A stretch of DNA of 64,000 nucleotides, from positions 217 to 64,216 of the forward strand of contig CAKNIB010000008.1 of NCBI GenBank assembly GCA_930979925.1. The letters run 5' to 3'. This document shows positions 1-9,132 of the stretch, one piece after another. A model generated the notes under the pieces. The model was not told where the DNA came from. It did no database searches and saw only the letters and a list, made by a program, of their open reading frames with translations. This stretch comes from an uncultured Clostridia bacterium. GTDB lineage: Bacteria > Bacillota > Clostridia > Christensenellales > UBA1242. How positions within the stretch are numbered: position 1 is the stretch's first letter; every line of letters begins with the position of its first letter. The translations under genes and the position numbers were made by a program.

Positions 1-35
1 CTAAAATGAGGGATGGAGCGTATTATTTTTATATT

Positions 36-656
36 TTATTTTGTGGCTTGTTTAGCCTGTTTGGGCTGTTTTGCTGGTTGTACTGAGGTCTGTTTTTGTT
101 CTTTATCTAGTTTTGAGTGCTTTTTCTTGCTTATTACAATTGCGCTCAAGAGCGAGTAGGCTACGTCAAATAGTGATATAGAAAGAATTGCCTTGACTGC
201 AAACTGGCAAAGCTCACGATTATAGGACACGGTATCATTTAAAGATAAGGTCGCCGTAGGTTTCTTGTTCTTTATATTTGTAAATAATATGGTTACTGCA
301 AAATTGACAAGTCCTGCAAGGATGGCTGAGAGAAAGGCGTCCTTAACTCCTATATTGTAAAAGACAGAAAGTTCCCGAAGTCGCGTCTTATCCTTTATTT
401 GACTCATAAAGGTTTCAAGAAAGATTACCTCTTCGCTTTGAAAGTCCATCTCCTTTGTCTCAATCTCATTATCTTTCTTTGTGATTATTTTCTTGCCCTT
501 TATCCAAAATTGTTGATGGGTCAGCTTTATTTTATAGAAGAAAACGCCAAAAGCACCCGAAAAGTCAAGGACATTAAAAGACACTCTCGCCTCCATTTTT
601 ATTGGAAGAAAGAAGATAATTATTATAACAAAAGGGATAAATAGATAATAATTCAT
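36..656 (-). CDS. hypothetical membrane protein (possibly DUF2953/YtfI-like, unverified)
   Basis: 206-aa ORF with GAGGT RBS. Hydrophobic N-terminus MNYYLFIPFVIIIIFFLPI and K/Q-rich C-terminal tail. Lies directly downstream of gpr. Confidence 0.5.
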   Translation of the reverse strand: MNYYLFIPFVIIIIFFLPIKMEARVSFNVLDFSGAFGVFFYKIKLTHQQFWIKGKKIITKKDNEIETKEMDFQSEEVIFLETFMSQIKDKTRLRELSVFYNIGVKDAFLSAILAGLVNFAVTILFTNIKNKKPTATLSLNDTVSYNRELCQFAVKAILSISLFDVAYSLLSAIVISKKKHSKLDKEQKQTSVQPAKQPKQAKQATK

Positions 657-734
657 TCTACCTCGCGCAACTATTTAAGTATATATGGTAACGCCATATA
701 TAAGGTCAAATGTTTAAGGCAAAAACACGTTTTA

Positions 735-1493
735 TTATTTTAAAACCTCGTTAATTGTGCTTGCAATGATTTGACCGGCAATTGCAACATTTTCACGGAT
801 GTCTTTAGGAGTTAAAATTAAATCGGGCGGAGAAGATGATTTTAGGTCGTTTGCAAATATCATAAATGGCACGCCTATAGACAGGCATGGCACGCCCATA
901 CTGACCTCGTCTATTCGTCTATTAAAGCGCGTAACTCCACTACCCGCTGTCATTCCGCTTGTTGTAATTTGAAAAGATGTGCCAAGGCGAGAGATGGTGT
1001 TTGTCGTGAGTGAGTCAATTATTATACAATAATCAATATACATACATTTGACAAGCATCTCGACCATATCAACCGTTTCTATTCCTGTAGAAAAATAGAT
1101 ATTTGGGCAAAATTTAAAAATATTGTTGTTCTTGCTAAGAGCGTCAATGGTTATGTTATCAAAAACCTCTTTGCCTAGGCGGTCAGCTGAGATATCAGGA
1201 TTGCCAAGCCCTATGATAAGCACCTTGTCTTTATGTCTTATCTTTAAGCCTTTCATAAAAGCTTTGAGTTTTTCTGAAAGTACATCTGCAATATATACCT
1301 GGCAGTCAAGTCCAAAATCATAAAGATGAGGAGCATTTAAAATAAAATATTCCCCTGGTCTCATATGATAGCGTTCCTCTTCGTCATCCTCTATGGACAG
1401 CGAGCCGACATTAATACCATATTTATCAAGCTTTTTAACGGTATAGCCATAGGCACGCAAGTCTTTTCCGCATTCATCAATTAAATCAAACAT
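735..1493 (-). CDS. gpr: germination protease GPR, short form (252 aa)
   Basis: Aligns by eye to B. subtilis GPR blocks: LIIGLGNPDISADRLGK (cf LIVGLGNWNVTPDALGP), GIETVDMV..IIIDSL..QITTSGMTAGSGV..GVPCLSIGVPF and LILTPKDI. Divergent from rpsT, as in B. subtilis. Confidence 0.8.
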   Translation of the reverse strand: MFDLIDECGKDLRAYGYTVKKLDKYGINVGSLSIEDDEEERYHMRPGEYFILNAPHLYDFGLDCQVYIADVLSEKLKAFMKGLKIRHKDKVLIIGLGNPDISADRLGKEVFDNITIDALSKNNNIFKFCPNIYFSTGIETVDMVEMLVKCMYIDYCIIIDSLTTNTISRLGTSFQITTSGMTAGSGVTRFNRRIDEVSMGVPCLSIGVPFMIFANDLKSSSPPDLILTPKDIRENVAIAGQIIASTINEVLK

Positions 1494-1592
1494 ACAACTA
1501 TTTTGGTAAATTTTTAAAAAAATATTTATTTTTACTTGATTTTATTTCTTTTATATGCTATACTCAAATAGAATTTTTAAAGGAGACGAGAT

Positions 1593-1868
1593 ATGCCTAA
1601 TATTAAATCAGCAGAAAAAAGAGTAAAAATTATTGAAAAGAAAACAGCTGAAAACAAAGCAGTTAAAAGCAAAGTTGCTACTTTCATCAAAAAGTTTAAA
1701 GCTGCAGTTGAGGCTAAAGACGTTGCAGTAGCTGAAGTTGCATATAACGATGTTGTTTCACTACTTGATAAGGCTGCTAGCGATAACGTTATACATAAAA
1801 ACAGTGCAAATAGAAAGAAGGCTCATTTTGCTAAAATGCTAGACGACTTAAAAAAAGAAGCAAAATAA
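1593..1868 (+). CDS. rpsT: 30S ribosomal protein S20
   Basis: MPNIKSAEKRVKIIEKKTAENKAVKSK... is the typical S20 N-terminus. 91 aa with a GGAG RBS. Confidence 0.95.
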   Translation: MPNIKSAEKRVKIIEKKTAENKAVKSKVATFIKKFKAAVEAKDVAVAEVAYNDVVSLLDKAASDNVIHKNSANRKKAHFAKMLDDLKKEAK

Positions 1869-1886
1869 GTTTTTAAATTGTCATGT

Positions 1887-1916
1887 AAAGATCCTGTAAT
1901 GGATCTTTATTTTTTT
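1887..1916 (+). terminator. intrinsic terminator of rpsT
   Basis: Stem AAAGATCC/GGATCTTT with loop TGTAAT, followed by ATTTTTTTT. Confidence 0.7.
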
Positions 1917-2109
1917 GCAAAAAACCATATTTAAATAAAACATTAAAAATTAAAATACCACAAATTTCGACAAAAGTTACTTAAATTTCTTTCCTTTTAG
2001 TATTGACTTTTATTAAAAAATAAGTATAATTTAATAACACGCGCATAAAAATACCTAATTTTAGGTATATTTTATAACAAACAATAATCATTTATAAAAG
2101 GAGGGAAAT

Positions 2110-2532
2110 ATGGACGCACAAGTTTTAACGCAACATAAAGGTTTAGTAAAAGAAAGCGAAAACTTTAAGGTAGAAGTTCTACATAGCGACGATGAAAGTT
2201 ATCAGGCTCTTTTAAAAACAAAACAAATTTTAAGAGAATTTAGCCCGCTTAACAACTTGTATCTTTCATCTTCTGAGTTATACAACAGGTCACTCACCTG
2301 CTCCAACGAAGAGGATTTTCAACTTTTCTATACCCACATTATCAATTCTAGCAATGCAAGATATGTTTATCAATTTGCTAACTACTTTGCAGATAGGTTG
2401 TCTCTTAGACAGATGAGAGAGTCATATAAAGCTCTTGTAGATATGAACAACGAAAAATATATCTATTTGTTTATAAAGAACGTTTTACCTAAGATAAACA
2501 GCAAAGACTATGAAGAAGACAGAGTAAGATAA
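2110..2532 (+). CDS. hypothetical protein
   Basis: 140-aa ORF with strong RBS AAAGGAGGG. No recognisable motif. Confidence 0.6.
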   Translation: MDAQVLTQHKGLVKESENFKVEVLHSDDESYQALLKTKQILREFSPLNNLYLSSSELYNRSLTCSNEEDFQLFYTHIINSSNARYVYQFANYFADRLSLRQMRESYKALVDMNNEKYIYLFIKNVLPKINSKDYEEDRVR

Positions 2533-2533
2533 C

Positions 2534-2563
2534 AAAAAAACAGCACCTTAAGTGCTGTTTTTT
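2534..2563. terminator. bidirectional intrinsic terminator between convergent genes
   Basis: A-run, stem CAGCAC/GTGCTG, then T-run. Confidence 0.7.
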
Positions 2564-2599
2564 AATCCTTTTTATAGACTATCAATAACAAAATAGCTA

Positions 2600-3136
2600 T
2601 TAATAATTTAAGTCTATAAGACCAAATTTGCCATCTTTTCTTCTGTAAAGGATGTTGATTTTGCCTGTCTCTGCATTTAAGAATACAAAAAAGTCATGAC
2701 CAAGTCTTTCGATTGCAAATCTAGCATCGTCAATGAGCATTGGGTCAAGGTCAAAGGTCTTTTTCTTGTAGATTGAAGGAAGCTCTTCTGGCTCCTCTTC
2801 CAAGAACTCAAATGGCAAGAAGTTCTCCTGTTTTGAGCCTTTTGCCTTCTTTTCCTTTCTCTTCTCGTTGTTTCTGACAATTTGCTTTTCAAGTTTTGGA
2901 AGAGCTATATCAATATTGTCATACATATTGTCGCTGATAACTTCGCTTCTGAAAAGTAGTCCTTTGCTTGTAATTGTAATTTCAAGTTTTTCCTGTTTTG
3001 CCTCTTTTTGGCAAACAACCTTAGCATTTGGCTCGTCATCAAAATATTTGCCAAGACGCTCTAACTTTTCTCTTAAAATTCTGTCAAGTCTTTGGCTAAC
3101 CTTATAGCCACCTCTTTCAACTATATCTATTTTCAT
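2600..3136 (-). CDS. hpf: ribosome hibernation promoting factor, long form
   Basis: 178 aa. N-terminal sigma54-modulation/S30EA-type sequence MKIDIVERGGYKVSQRL..LEITITSKG, plus the C-terminal dimerisation domain FFVFLNAETGKINILYRRKDGKFGLI. Confidence 0.9.
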   Translation of the reverse strand: MKIDIVERGGYKVSQRLDRILREKLERLGKYFDDEPNAKVVCQKEAKQEKLEITITSKGLLFRSEVISDNMYDNIDIALPKLEKQIVRNNEKRKEKKAKGSKQENFLPFEFLEEEPEELPSIYKKKTFDLDPMLIDDARFAIERLGHDFFVFLNAETGKINILYRRKDGKFGLIDLNY

Positions 3137-3225
3137 AAATATTCCTCCTATAGTTTTATATTACCAAATTAAATTAAATTTTCCAAATAAAAAACGGAAA
3201 TTATAAATTAGATTTAATAAAAGTT

Positions 3226-5673
3226 TTAGGCATTTACGAAAGTTAAGTTGCCATTCTCAACATCAATTATTATCTCGCCCTCATTTTTAAGCTCGCCAAG
3301 TAGTATTTTCTCGGCAATTTGGTCCTCAACCTCTTGTTGGATATATCTCTTTAATGGTCTTGCGCCATACTCAGAATTTGAGCCCTTACTTACAATAAAC
3401 TCAAGGGCGTCCTCTGTTATTTTGAGTGAAAGATTTTTCTCTTTTAGCCTCTTGTTTATATTCGATATTAGTATCTTGGCAATCTTGACAAGGTCCTCTT
3501 GAGTGAGTGGGTCAAAGATACAGATAACGTCTATACGGTTGATAAACTCTGGTTTGAACTTGTTCTTTAATGCGTCCATGTAAATCTTCTTAGAGTCAAC
3601 TTCTTCCTCGTCCTCATTGCCAAAACCGAGTTTACTGCGGTGTTCTTTTACCTCTCTTGCGCCAAGGTTGCTTGTCATAATGATAATGGTGTTCTTAAAG
3701 GATACCGTTCTGCCCTGTCCGTCAGTCAGCCTGCCATCGTCAAGTATTTGCAAAAGTGCGTTGAAGATGTCTGGGTGTGCCTTTTCTATTTCATCGAACA
3801 AAACTACAGAATACGGATGACGGCGTACCTGTTCGGTTAGTTGCCCGCCTTCGTCATAGCCTACATAGCCTGGAGGCGAGCCGATAAGTTTGGATACAGA
3901 ATGTGGTTCCATATACTCGCTCATATCAATTCTTACAATGTTGTTTTCATCGTCAAACATTGCCTCGGCTATGGCTTTACAGAGTTCTGTTTTACCTACG
4001 CCAGTCTGCCCCATAAACAAGAAGGACCCGATTGGACGTTTGCTATCCTGCAAGCCTACTCTTGACCTGCGAATTGCCTTTGCGACAGCCTCTACTGCCT
4101 GATTTTGTCCAACAACGCGCTTATGAAGGATATCTTCAAGGTGAATAAGTCTATCCTTTTCGCTCTCGGTTATCTTAGTAACAGGTATACCTGTCCACTT
4201 AGATACGACAGCAGCAATTTCATTGGCGCCAATGGAGTTTTTATTTGACTTTTCCTTTTTAACGTCAAGTTTATCTTCTTTTTTCTTGAGTTCGTTCTCA
4301 AGGTTTATAATCTCAGACTGCAGTTTTGCTGCCTTTTCATAATTTCTTTGAAGGCTGGCTTCATCTCGATTTGCTGAGAGAGATTTTATCTTATCTTCTA
4401 GCTGTCTTACCTCTTGTGGTTTTAAAGTAAAGTTGACCTTTGCCTTACTACTTGCCTCGTCGATAAGGTCGATTGCTTTGTCTGGGAGGCTTCGATCTGA
4501 GATATATCTATCTGAGAGTACTGCGGCAGCCTCAATAGCCTCATCTGTGATGGTTATCTTGTGGAAAGCCTCATAGCTGTCTCTTAGACCTTTTAAAATT
4601 TGGATAGTTTGCTCAACCGATGGCGGATTTACCATGATTGGTTGGAAACGACGCTCAAGCGCCTTATCCTTTTCTATAAACTTTCTATACTCGTCAGTTG
4701 TGGTTGCGCCTATTGTTTGAAGTTCCCCTCTTGCAAGGTATGGTTTGAGCATATCAGCTGGAGAGGTCTCGCCTTTTTCAGAGCCTGCCTGTGCGAGTGT
4801 GTGGATTTCGTCGATAAAGACGATTATATTCTTGCTTGCTATGATTGTCTCAATGGCGTCCTTTAGTTTTTCTTCCATAGAGCCACGATACTTTGTGCCT
4901 GCCATAAGTCCGCCTATCTCAAGTGCATAGACAACCTTATCTTTTAAAACCTCTGGCACATCGCCGGCAACTATTGCCTGAGCAAGTCCTTCAACGACCG
5001 CTGTTTTACCAACGCCTGCCTCACCTATGAGGACTGGGTTATTTTTTGTCTTGCGACATAATATTTCTACCACCCTTTGTATCTCTTCTTCCCTGCCGAT
5101 TACTGGGTCAAGTTTGTGTTCCTTTGCCTTTAAGGTTATATCAGTGCCCATGGCAAGAAGTTTTTCAGGCAATGTGCTCCCTGCCTGATTATTTACTGAT
5201 TGCTCTTGTTTCTCCTCGCCTTGGCTTGCTGACATAAGCGCTTTTGTAAGTCTATCTTTTAAAGCTTCTACGTCTACGCCATATTGTCCGACTAAAATTC
5301 TATAGGCAACGCTACCTGTACTTGAAAGAAGGGCGAGTAGTAGGTGCTCGGTGCCAATAAATGAGTGATTCATTTGAAGAGCTATCTGCTGAGCTATTCT
5401 AAACAAATCTTTTGTTCTTGGGGTCATTTCTACTTCGTCAGAAAATAGTATATTATCCTCGCTGACATTCTCTTCGAAAAACTCGAATAAGCTTGGCTCG
5501 GTTACGCCTACATCGGCAAGGTATTGCGATGCAAGGCAATCTTTAACACTTGTAAGACCATATAAAATATGCTCGCTTCCTATCAAGTTGGAGCCAAAAC
5601 GCAAAGCAAACTTGCTGGCATTTTTGATTACTTTTTGTATGTTATCTGAAAATGTTGATGATTGATAATTCAT
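3226..5673 (-). CDS. clpC: ATP-dependent Clp protease ATP-binding subunit ClpC
   Basis: 815 aa with Clp_N repeats and two AAA+ modules (GEAGVGKTA, GQTGVGKTE) separated by a coiled-coil linker. Follows mcsB, as in Firmicutes. Confidence 0.95.
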   Translation of the reverse strand: MNYQSSTFSDNIQKVIKNASKFALRFGSNLIGSEHILYGLTSVKDCLASQYLADVGVTEPSLFEFFEENVSEDNILFSDEVEMTPRTKDLFRIAQQIALQMNHSFIGTEHLLLALLSSTGSVAYRILVGQYGVDVEALKDRLTKALMSASQGEEKQEQSVNNQAGSTLPEKLLAMGTDITLKAKEHKLDPVIGREEEIQRVVEILCRKTKNNPVLIGEAGVGKTAVVEGLAQAIVAGDVPEVLKDKVVYALEIGGLMAGTKYRGSMEEKLKDAIETIIASKNIIVFIDEIHTLAQAGSEKGETSPADMLKPYLARGELQTIGATTTDEYRKFIEKDKALERRFQPIMVNPPSVEQTIQILKGLRDSYEAFHKITITDEAIEAAAVLSDRYISDRSLPDKAIDLIDEASSKAKVNFTLKPQEVRQLEDKIKSLSANRDEASLQRNYEKAAKLQSEIINLENELKKKEDKLDVKKEKSNKNSIGANEIAAVVSKWTGIPVTKITESEKDRLIHLEDILHKRVVGQNQAVEAVAKAIRRSRVGLQDSKRPIGSFLFMGQTGVGKTELCKAIAEAMFDDENNIVRIDMSEYMEPHSVSKLIGSPPGYVGYDEGGQLTEQVRRHPYSVVLFDEIEKAHPDIFNALLQILDDGRLTDGQGRTVSFKNTIIIMTSNLGAREVKEHRSKLGFGNEDEEEVDSKKIYMDALKNKFKPEFINRIDVICIFDPLTQEDLVKIAKILISNINKRLKEKNLSLKITEDALEFIVSKGSNSEYGARPLKRYIQQEVEDQIAEKILLGELKNEGEIIIDVENGNLTFVNA

Positions 5674-5675
5674 AG

Positions 5676-6689
5676 TTAAACCTCCTTTGTTAAACTTTTT
5701 ACCTTGGTAGATATATACTCAGCTCTTATAATGTTTTCCTCTTTTTTATCAGATATTTCATAAATTTCTTTTAAATTGGCGCTCATCCCCTCATAATACA
5801 ATTTTTGATATTTTTCGTCAGACGATATATCTAAAAATCCTAGCACGCTACCTAGTTTGACCTGTGACAGAAGGTCTATCATCTCCTCTTCTTCAAGGCT
5901 ATAGCAGTGAGTCAATATGCCGTAAGCGCGCATGGAGCTATCTTTGTACTTTGCATAGTCGGTCTCTAAAAGATAAGCACGCAATTCCTCTTCCTGTTTG
6001 CAAACAGAATAGATAAACTCACTAACCTTGTCGATAATCTCGTTTTCGTCAAGTCCTAGTGAGCCTTGATTGGAGATTTGATAAAAGTGGCCTAGAGCCT
6101 GGCTCCCCTCGCCGTAAATTCCGCGTACAGTAAGACCATTTTCTTTGGCGCGAGTTATTATATCTTCAATCTTACCGCACAATTTAAAGGCTGGCAAAAA
6201 CAGCATGACAGACGCTCGCATGCCTGTTCCAAGATTTGATGGGCTTGCCGTGATAAAACCAAGGTCTTTGTCGAATGCGATAGGAAGACTTCTTAAAATT
6301 TCGTCATCTATCTTTGATATTCTTCTATATGGTTTATATAAATTAAAGCCCTTTTCAAGGCATTGTTCACGGATGTGATCCTCTTCGTTTATCATGACGA
6401 TAATCTTTTCGTCCTCGCTTATTGCAACACCTGAGATGTCTTTATTTTCAATAAGTTCCTTGCTGATAAGGTGTTTTTCAAACAGAGCATTGCATTCGTT
6501 GAGTGACAGGCTTTTTAGCGACATAAAGTTAAACACATCAAATTTTTCAAGTGTTTTCATCACGGAGTTTGTAATGTACTTTGCGTCAATATCGCTATCA
6601 AGCTTAGTATAAAATTTAAGTCCTTCAACATTTCTTGCAAGGCGAATACGCGATGAGATGGCGATGTTATCAAAAATTTCCATTACCAC
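5676..6689 (-). CDS. mcsB: protein arginine kinase McsB
   Basis: 337 aa. ATP:guanido phosphotransferase motifs (NEEDHIR, SPSNLGTGMRASV). Lies immediately upstream of clpC. Confidence 0.9.
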   Translation of the reverse strand: MVMEIFDNIAISSRIRLARNVEGLKFYTKLDSDIDAKYITNSVMKTLEKFDVFNFMSLKSLSLNECNALFEKHLISKELIENKDISGVAISEDEKIIVMINEEDHIREQCLEKGFNLYKPYRRISKIDDEILRSLPIAFDKDLGFITASPSNLGTGMRASVMLFLPAFKLCGKIEDIITRAKENGLTVRGIYGEGSQALGHFYQISNQGSLGLDENEIIDKVSEFIYSVCKQEEELRAYLLETDYAKYKDSSMRAYGILTHCYSLEEEEMIDLLSQVKLGSVLGFLDISSDEKYQKLYYEGMSANLKEIYEISDKKEENIIRAEYISTKVKSLTKEV

Positions 6690-6840
6690 TCACCTTTTTA
6701 CCTTTATGCGTTTTGCCACCATACATCTTCTTTATCGTCTCTTTTAGCTGGTCGATTTCATAATAACAATGTGCACAACCGACAAAGCCAGTCTGCAAAA
6801 TCTCATTATATGATGTGTTACAATATGGACATTTACTCAT
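6670..6840 (-). CDS. mini McsA-like zinc-finger protein (56 aa, below ORF-track cutoff)
   Basis: My own translation is MSKCPYCNTSYNEILQTGFVGCAHCYYEIDQLKETIKKMYGGKTHKGKKVSGNGNF. It has CxxC...CxxC and overlaps the mcsB start by 20 nt in the position where mcsA normally sits. Confidence 0.55.
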   Translation of the reverse strand: MSKCPYCNTSYNEILQTGFVGCAHCYYEIDQLKETIKKMYGGKTHKGKKVSGNGNF

Positions 6841-6930
6841 CTTTCACCTATAGAATAATTATAACATATTTTTTAAGTTTTTCTATTAAAATAGCAACTA
6901 TTTTTTATATTAATACATGAAAATTTCATC

Positions 6931-6969
6931 AAAAAAACATATCATTTTGGTTTTTATGATATGTTTTTA
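6931..6969 (-). terminator. intrinsic terminator after tex
   Basis: Stem ACATATCAT/ATGATATGT flanked by A-run and T-run. Confidence 0.6.
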
Positions 6970-6978
6970 GATTATCGT

Positions 6979-9132
6979 TTAGTTATCCTTTTCTATACCT
7001 TTCATAGTAAGTGAAATGCGCTTTTTAGGGATGTCAACAGAAAGCACTTTTACGTCTACTCGGTCGCCTACTTTGAGTACTTCGCTTGGGTGTTTGATAA
7101 AAGCGTCTGAGATTTGGCTTATGTGGACAAGTCCGTCTTGGTGCACTCCGATATCAACAAAGGCGCCAAAGTCGACTACATTTCTTACCACTCCTGAGAA
7201 TACCATACCCTCTTTTAAGTCCTCTAAAGTTATAACGTCACTTCGAAGTACTGGTTTTGGCATGCTTTCACGAATATCTCTACCTGGCTTAAGTAGCTCG
7301 TTTGTAATATCATTGAGAGTTGGCAGACCTATTTCACATTCTTTAGCAACCTTTTCCTCGCCCTTTAGTTTAATAAGGTTTGGAAGGTTTGAAATATTGC
7401 CATTTTTAACATCCTCTTCGCTCATATCAAAGAGTTTTAAAAGCTTTCGTGTTGCCTCATAGCTTTCTGGGTGCACGGCGGTGTTGTCAAGTATCTCATC
7501 GCCACCTACAACCCTTAAGAAACCGGCGCATTGTTCGTATGCCTTTGGCCCAAGTTTTGAAACTTTAAGAAGCTCCTCTCTATTTTTTATACCTTTGACT
7601 TTTGCTCTGTAGTCTACGATATTTTTAGCTATTGACATATTAAGACCAGATACATAGCTTAGTAGTGATGGGCTTGCTGTGTTTATATCAACGCCTACAC
7701 TGTTTACACAGTCTTCAACAACACCTGTTAGCACCTCGGTAAGTCTATTTTGTGGCATATCATGTTGGTACTGACCTACGCCTATAGATTTAACGTCTAT
7801 TTTGATAAGCTCGGCAAGAGGGTCTTGAAGGCGTCTTGCAATTGATACTGCCGACCTTAGTGATACGTCATAGTCAGGAAATTCCTCTGCACCTAGCTTT
7901 GATGCTGAGTAAACAGACGCGCCCGCCTCGCTGACAACCGCATAACTAACTGGGCGAGAAACATGCTTAATAAGTTCGGCTACAAATATCTCTGCCTCTT
8001 TTGACGCGGTACCATTGCCAATTGAGATTACGTCAACTCGGTGTTTTTCTATGAGTTTTTTAAGTTTTTCTATAGACTCCTCTGTCTTAGATTGTGGTGG
8101 TGTTGGATAAACAACTGCAGTGTCAAGCACATTGCCGTTTGTATCAATAACTGCAATCTTACAGCCTGTACGATAGGCTGGGTCAAGCCCCATTATAACA
8201 TTATTTTTAAGTGGCGCCTCCATTAAGAGTGGTTTAAGGTTAACCTCAAACATCTTAATAGCCTGCTCATCCGCTTTGTCTGTCAAGTTGCTTCTACATT
8301 CACGCTCAAGTGCTGGGAAAAGTAGTCTATCGTAGCTATCCTGCAGTGTCTCTTCCATAAGCGAGTCAGTGTCTGGGTTATTCTTCTTAAAATACTTATT
8401 AATTACTGCCATAGTAAGCTCTGGGTTTATCTCAATGTCTACCTTAAGGCATTTTTCTTTCTCACCACGGTTGATGGCAAGTATTCGGTGACTTGGGATA
8501 GTTTTAACTTCCTGTTTAAAGTTTGCATAGGTCTCATAAATTGGGCTATTTTCATTCTCTACAAGTTCGCATTTAATAAACGCCTTGTTCTCTAAAAGCG
8601 AGCGAAGCTCTTTTCGCAATTCGGCATTATCAGAAACACGTTCAGCAATAATATCCTTTGCGCCAGCTAGAGCCTCTTCTACTGTTGGAACCTCTTCGGT
8701 AATAAATTTTTCAGCCTCTTTTCTTATCTCGTAGGACTTTGATTGAGCTTGTAAAATATCAGCAAGTCCCTCAAGTCCCTTTGCAATAGCGACTGACGCT
8801 CTTGTTTTACGTTTTGGTTTATATGGTCTATAAATATCTTCGACCTCTGTCAAAGTTTTAGCATTTTCAAGTGCTGTTTTTAGCTCTTCTGTCCACTTGC
8901 CTTGCTCGGTTATTGCCTTCTCGACTTTCGCCTTCTCATCGTTTAAGTTGCGAAGATATTTAAGGCGATCGGCAAATGCTCTCAGTGTTTGGTCGTCACA
9001 AGTGCCGTGCATCTCCTTTCTATAACGTGCAATGAAAGGTATGGTGCAACCTTCGTCAAGCAAGTTAATAATATTTTGTGAGTACTCCTGTTTTAATCCA
9101 AATTCTTGGGCAAGTGTTGTTGTAATATCCAT
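6979..9132 (-). CDS. tex: Tex-like transcription accessory protein (YqgF/HhH/S1 domains)
   Basis: 717 aa. Typical Tex N-terminus (IPFIARYRKE), a RuvC/YqgF-like centre, and a C-terminal S1 domain (GMVFSGVVRNVVDFGAFVDIG). Confidence 0.9.
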   Translation of the reverse strand: MDITTTLAQEFGLKQEYSQNIINLLDEGCTIPFIARYRKEMHGTCDDQTLRAFADRLKYLRNLNDEKAKVEKAITEQGKWTEELKTALENAKTLTEVEDIYRPYKPKRKTRASVAIAKGLEGLADILQAQSKSYEIRKEAEKFITEEVPTVEEALAGAKDIIAERVSDNAELRKELRSLLENKAFIKCELVENENSPIYETYANFKQEVKTIPSHRILAINRGEKEKCLKVDIEINPELTMAVINKYFKKNNPDTDSLMEETLQDSYDRLLFPALERECRSNLTDKADEQAIKMFEVNLKPLLMEAPLKNNVIMGLDPAYRTGCKIAVIDTNGNVLDTAVVYPTPPQSKTEESIEKLKKLIEKHRVDVISIGNGTASKEAEIFVAELIKHVSRPVSYAVVSEAGASVYSASKLGAEEFPDYDVSLRSAVSIARRLQDPLAELIKIDVKSIGVGQYQHDMPQNRLTEVLTGVVEDCVNSVGVDINTASPSLLSYVSGLNMSIAKNIVDYRAKVKGIKNREELLKVSKLGPKAYEQCAGFLRVVGGDEILDNTAVHPESYEATRKLLKLFDMSEEDVKNGNISNLPNLIKLKGEEKVAKECEIGLPTLNDITNELLKPGRDIRESMPKPVLRSDVITLEDLKEGMVFSGVVRNVVDFGAFVDIGVHQDGLVHISQISDAFIKHPSEVLKVGDRVDVKVLSVDIPKKRISLTMKGIEKDN

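Noticed and set aside
3248-5237. Numerous 60-90-aa plus-strand ORFs inside clpC, and similar antisense ORFs inside tex, groEL, rnj, the giant gene, the mreB-like gene and others
   Set aside because: These are shadow ORFs antisense to long, confidently identified genes, with low-complexity S/L/I-rich translations and no RBS.
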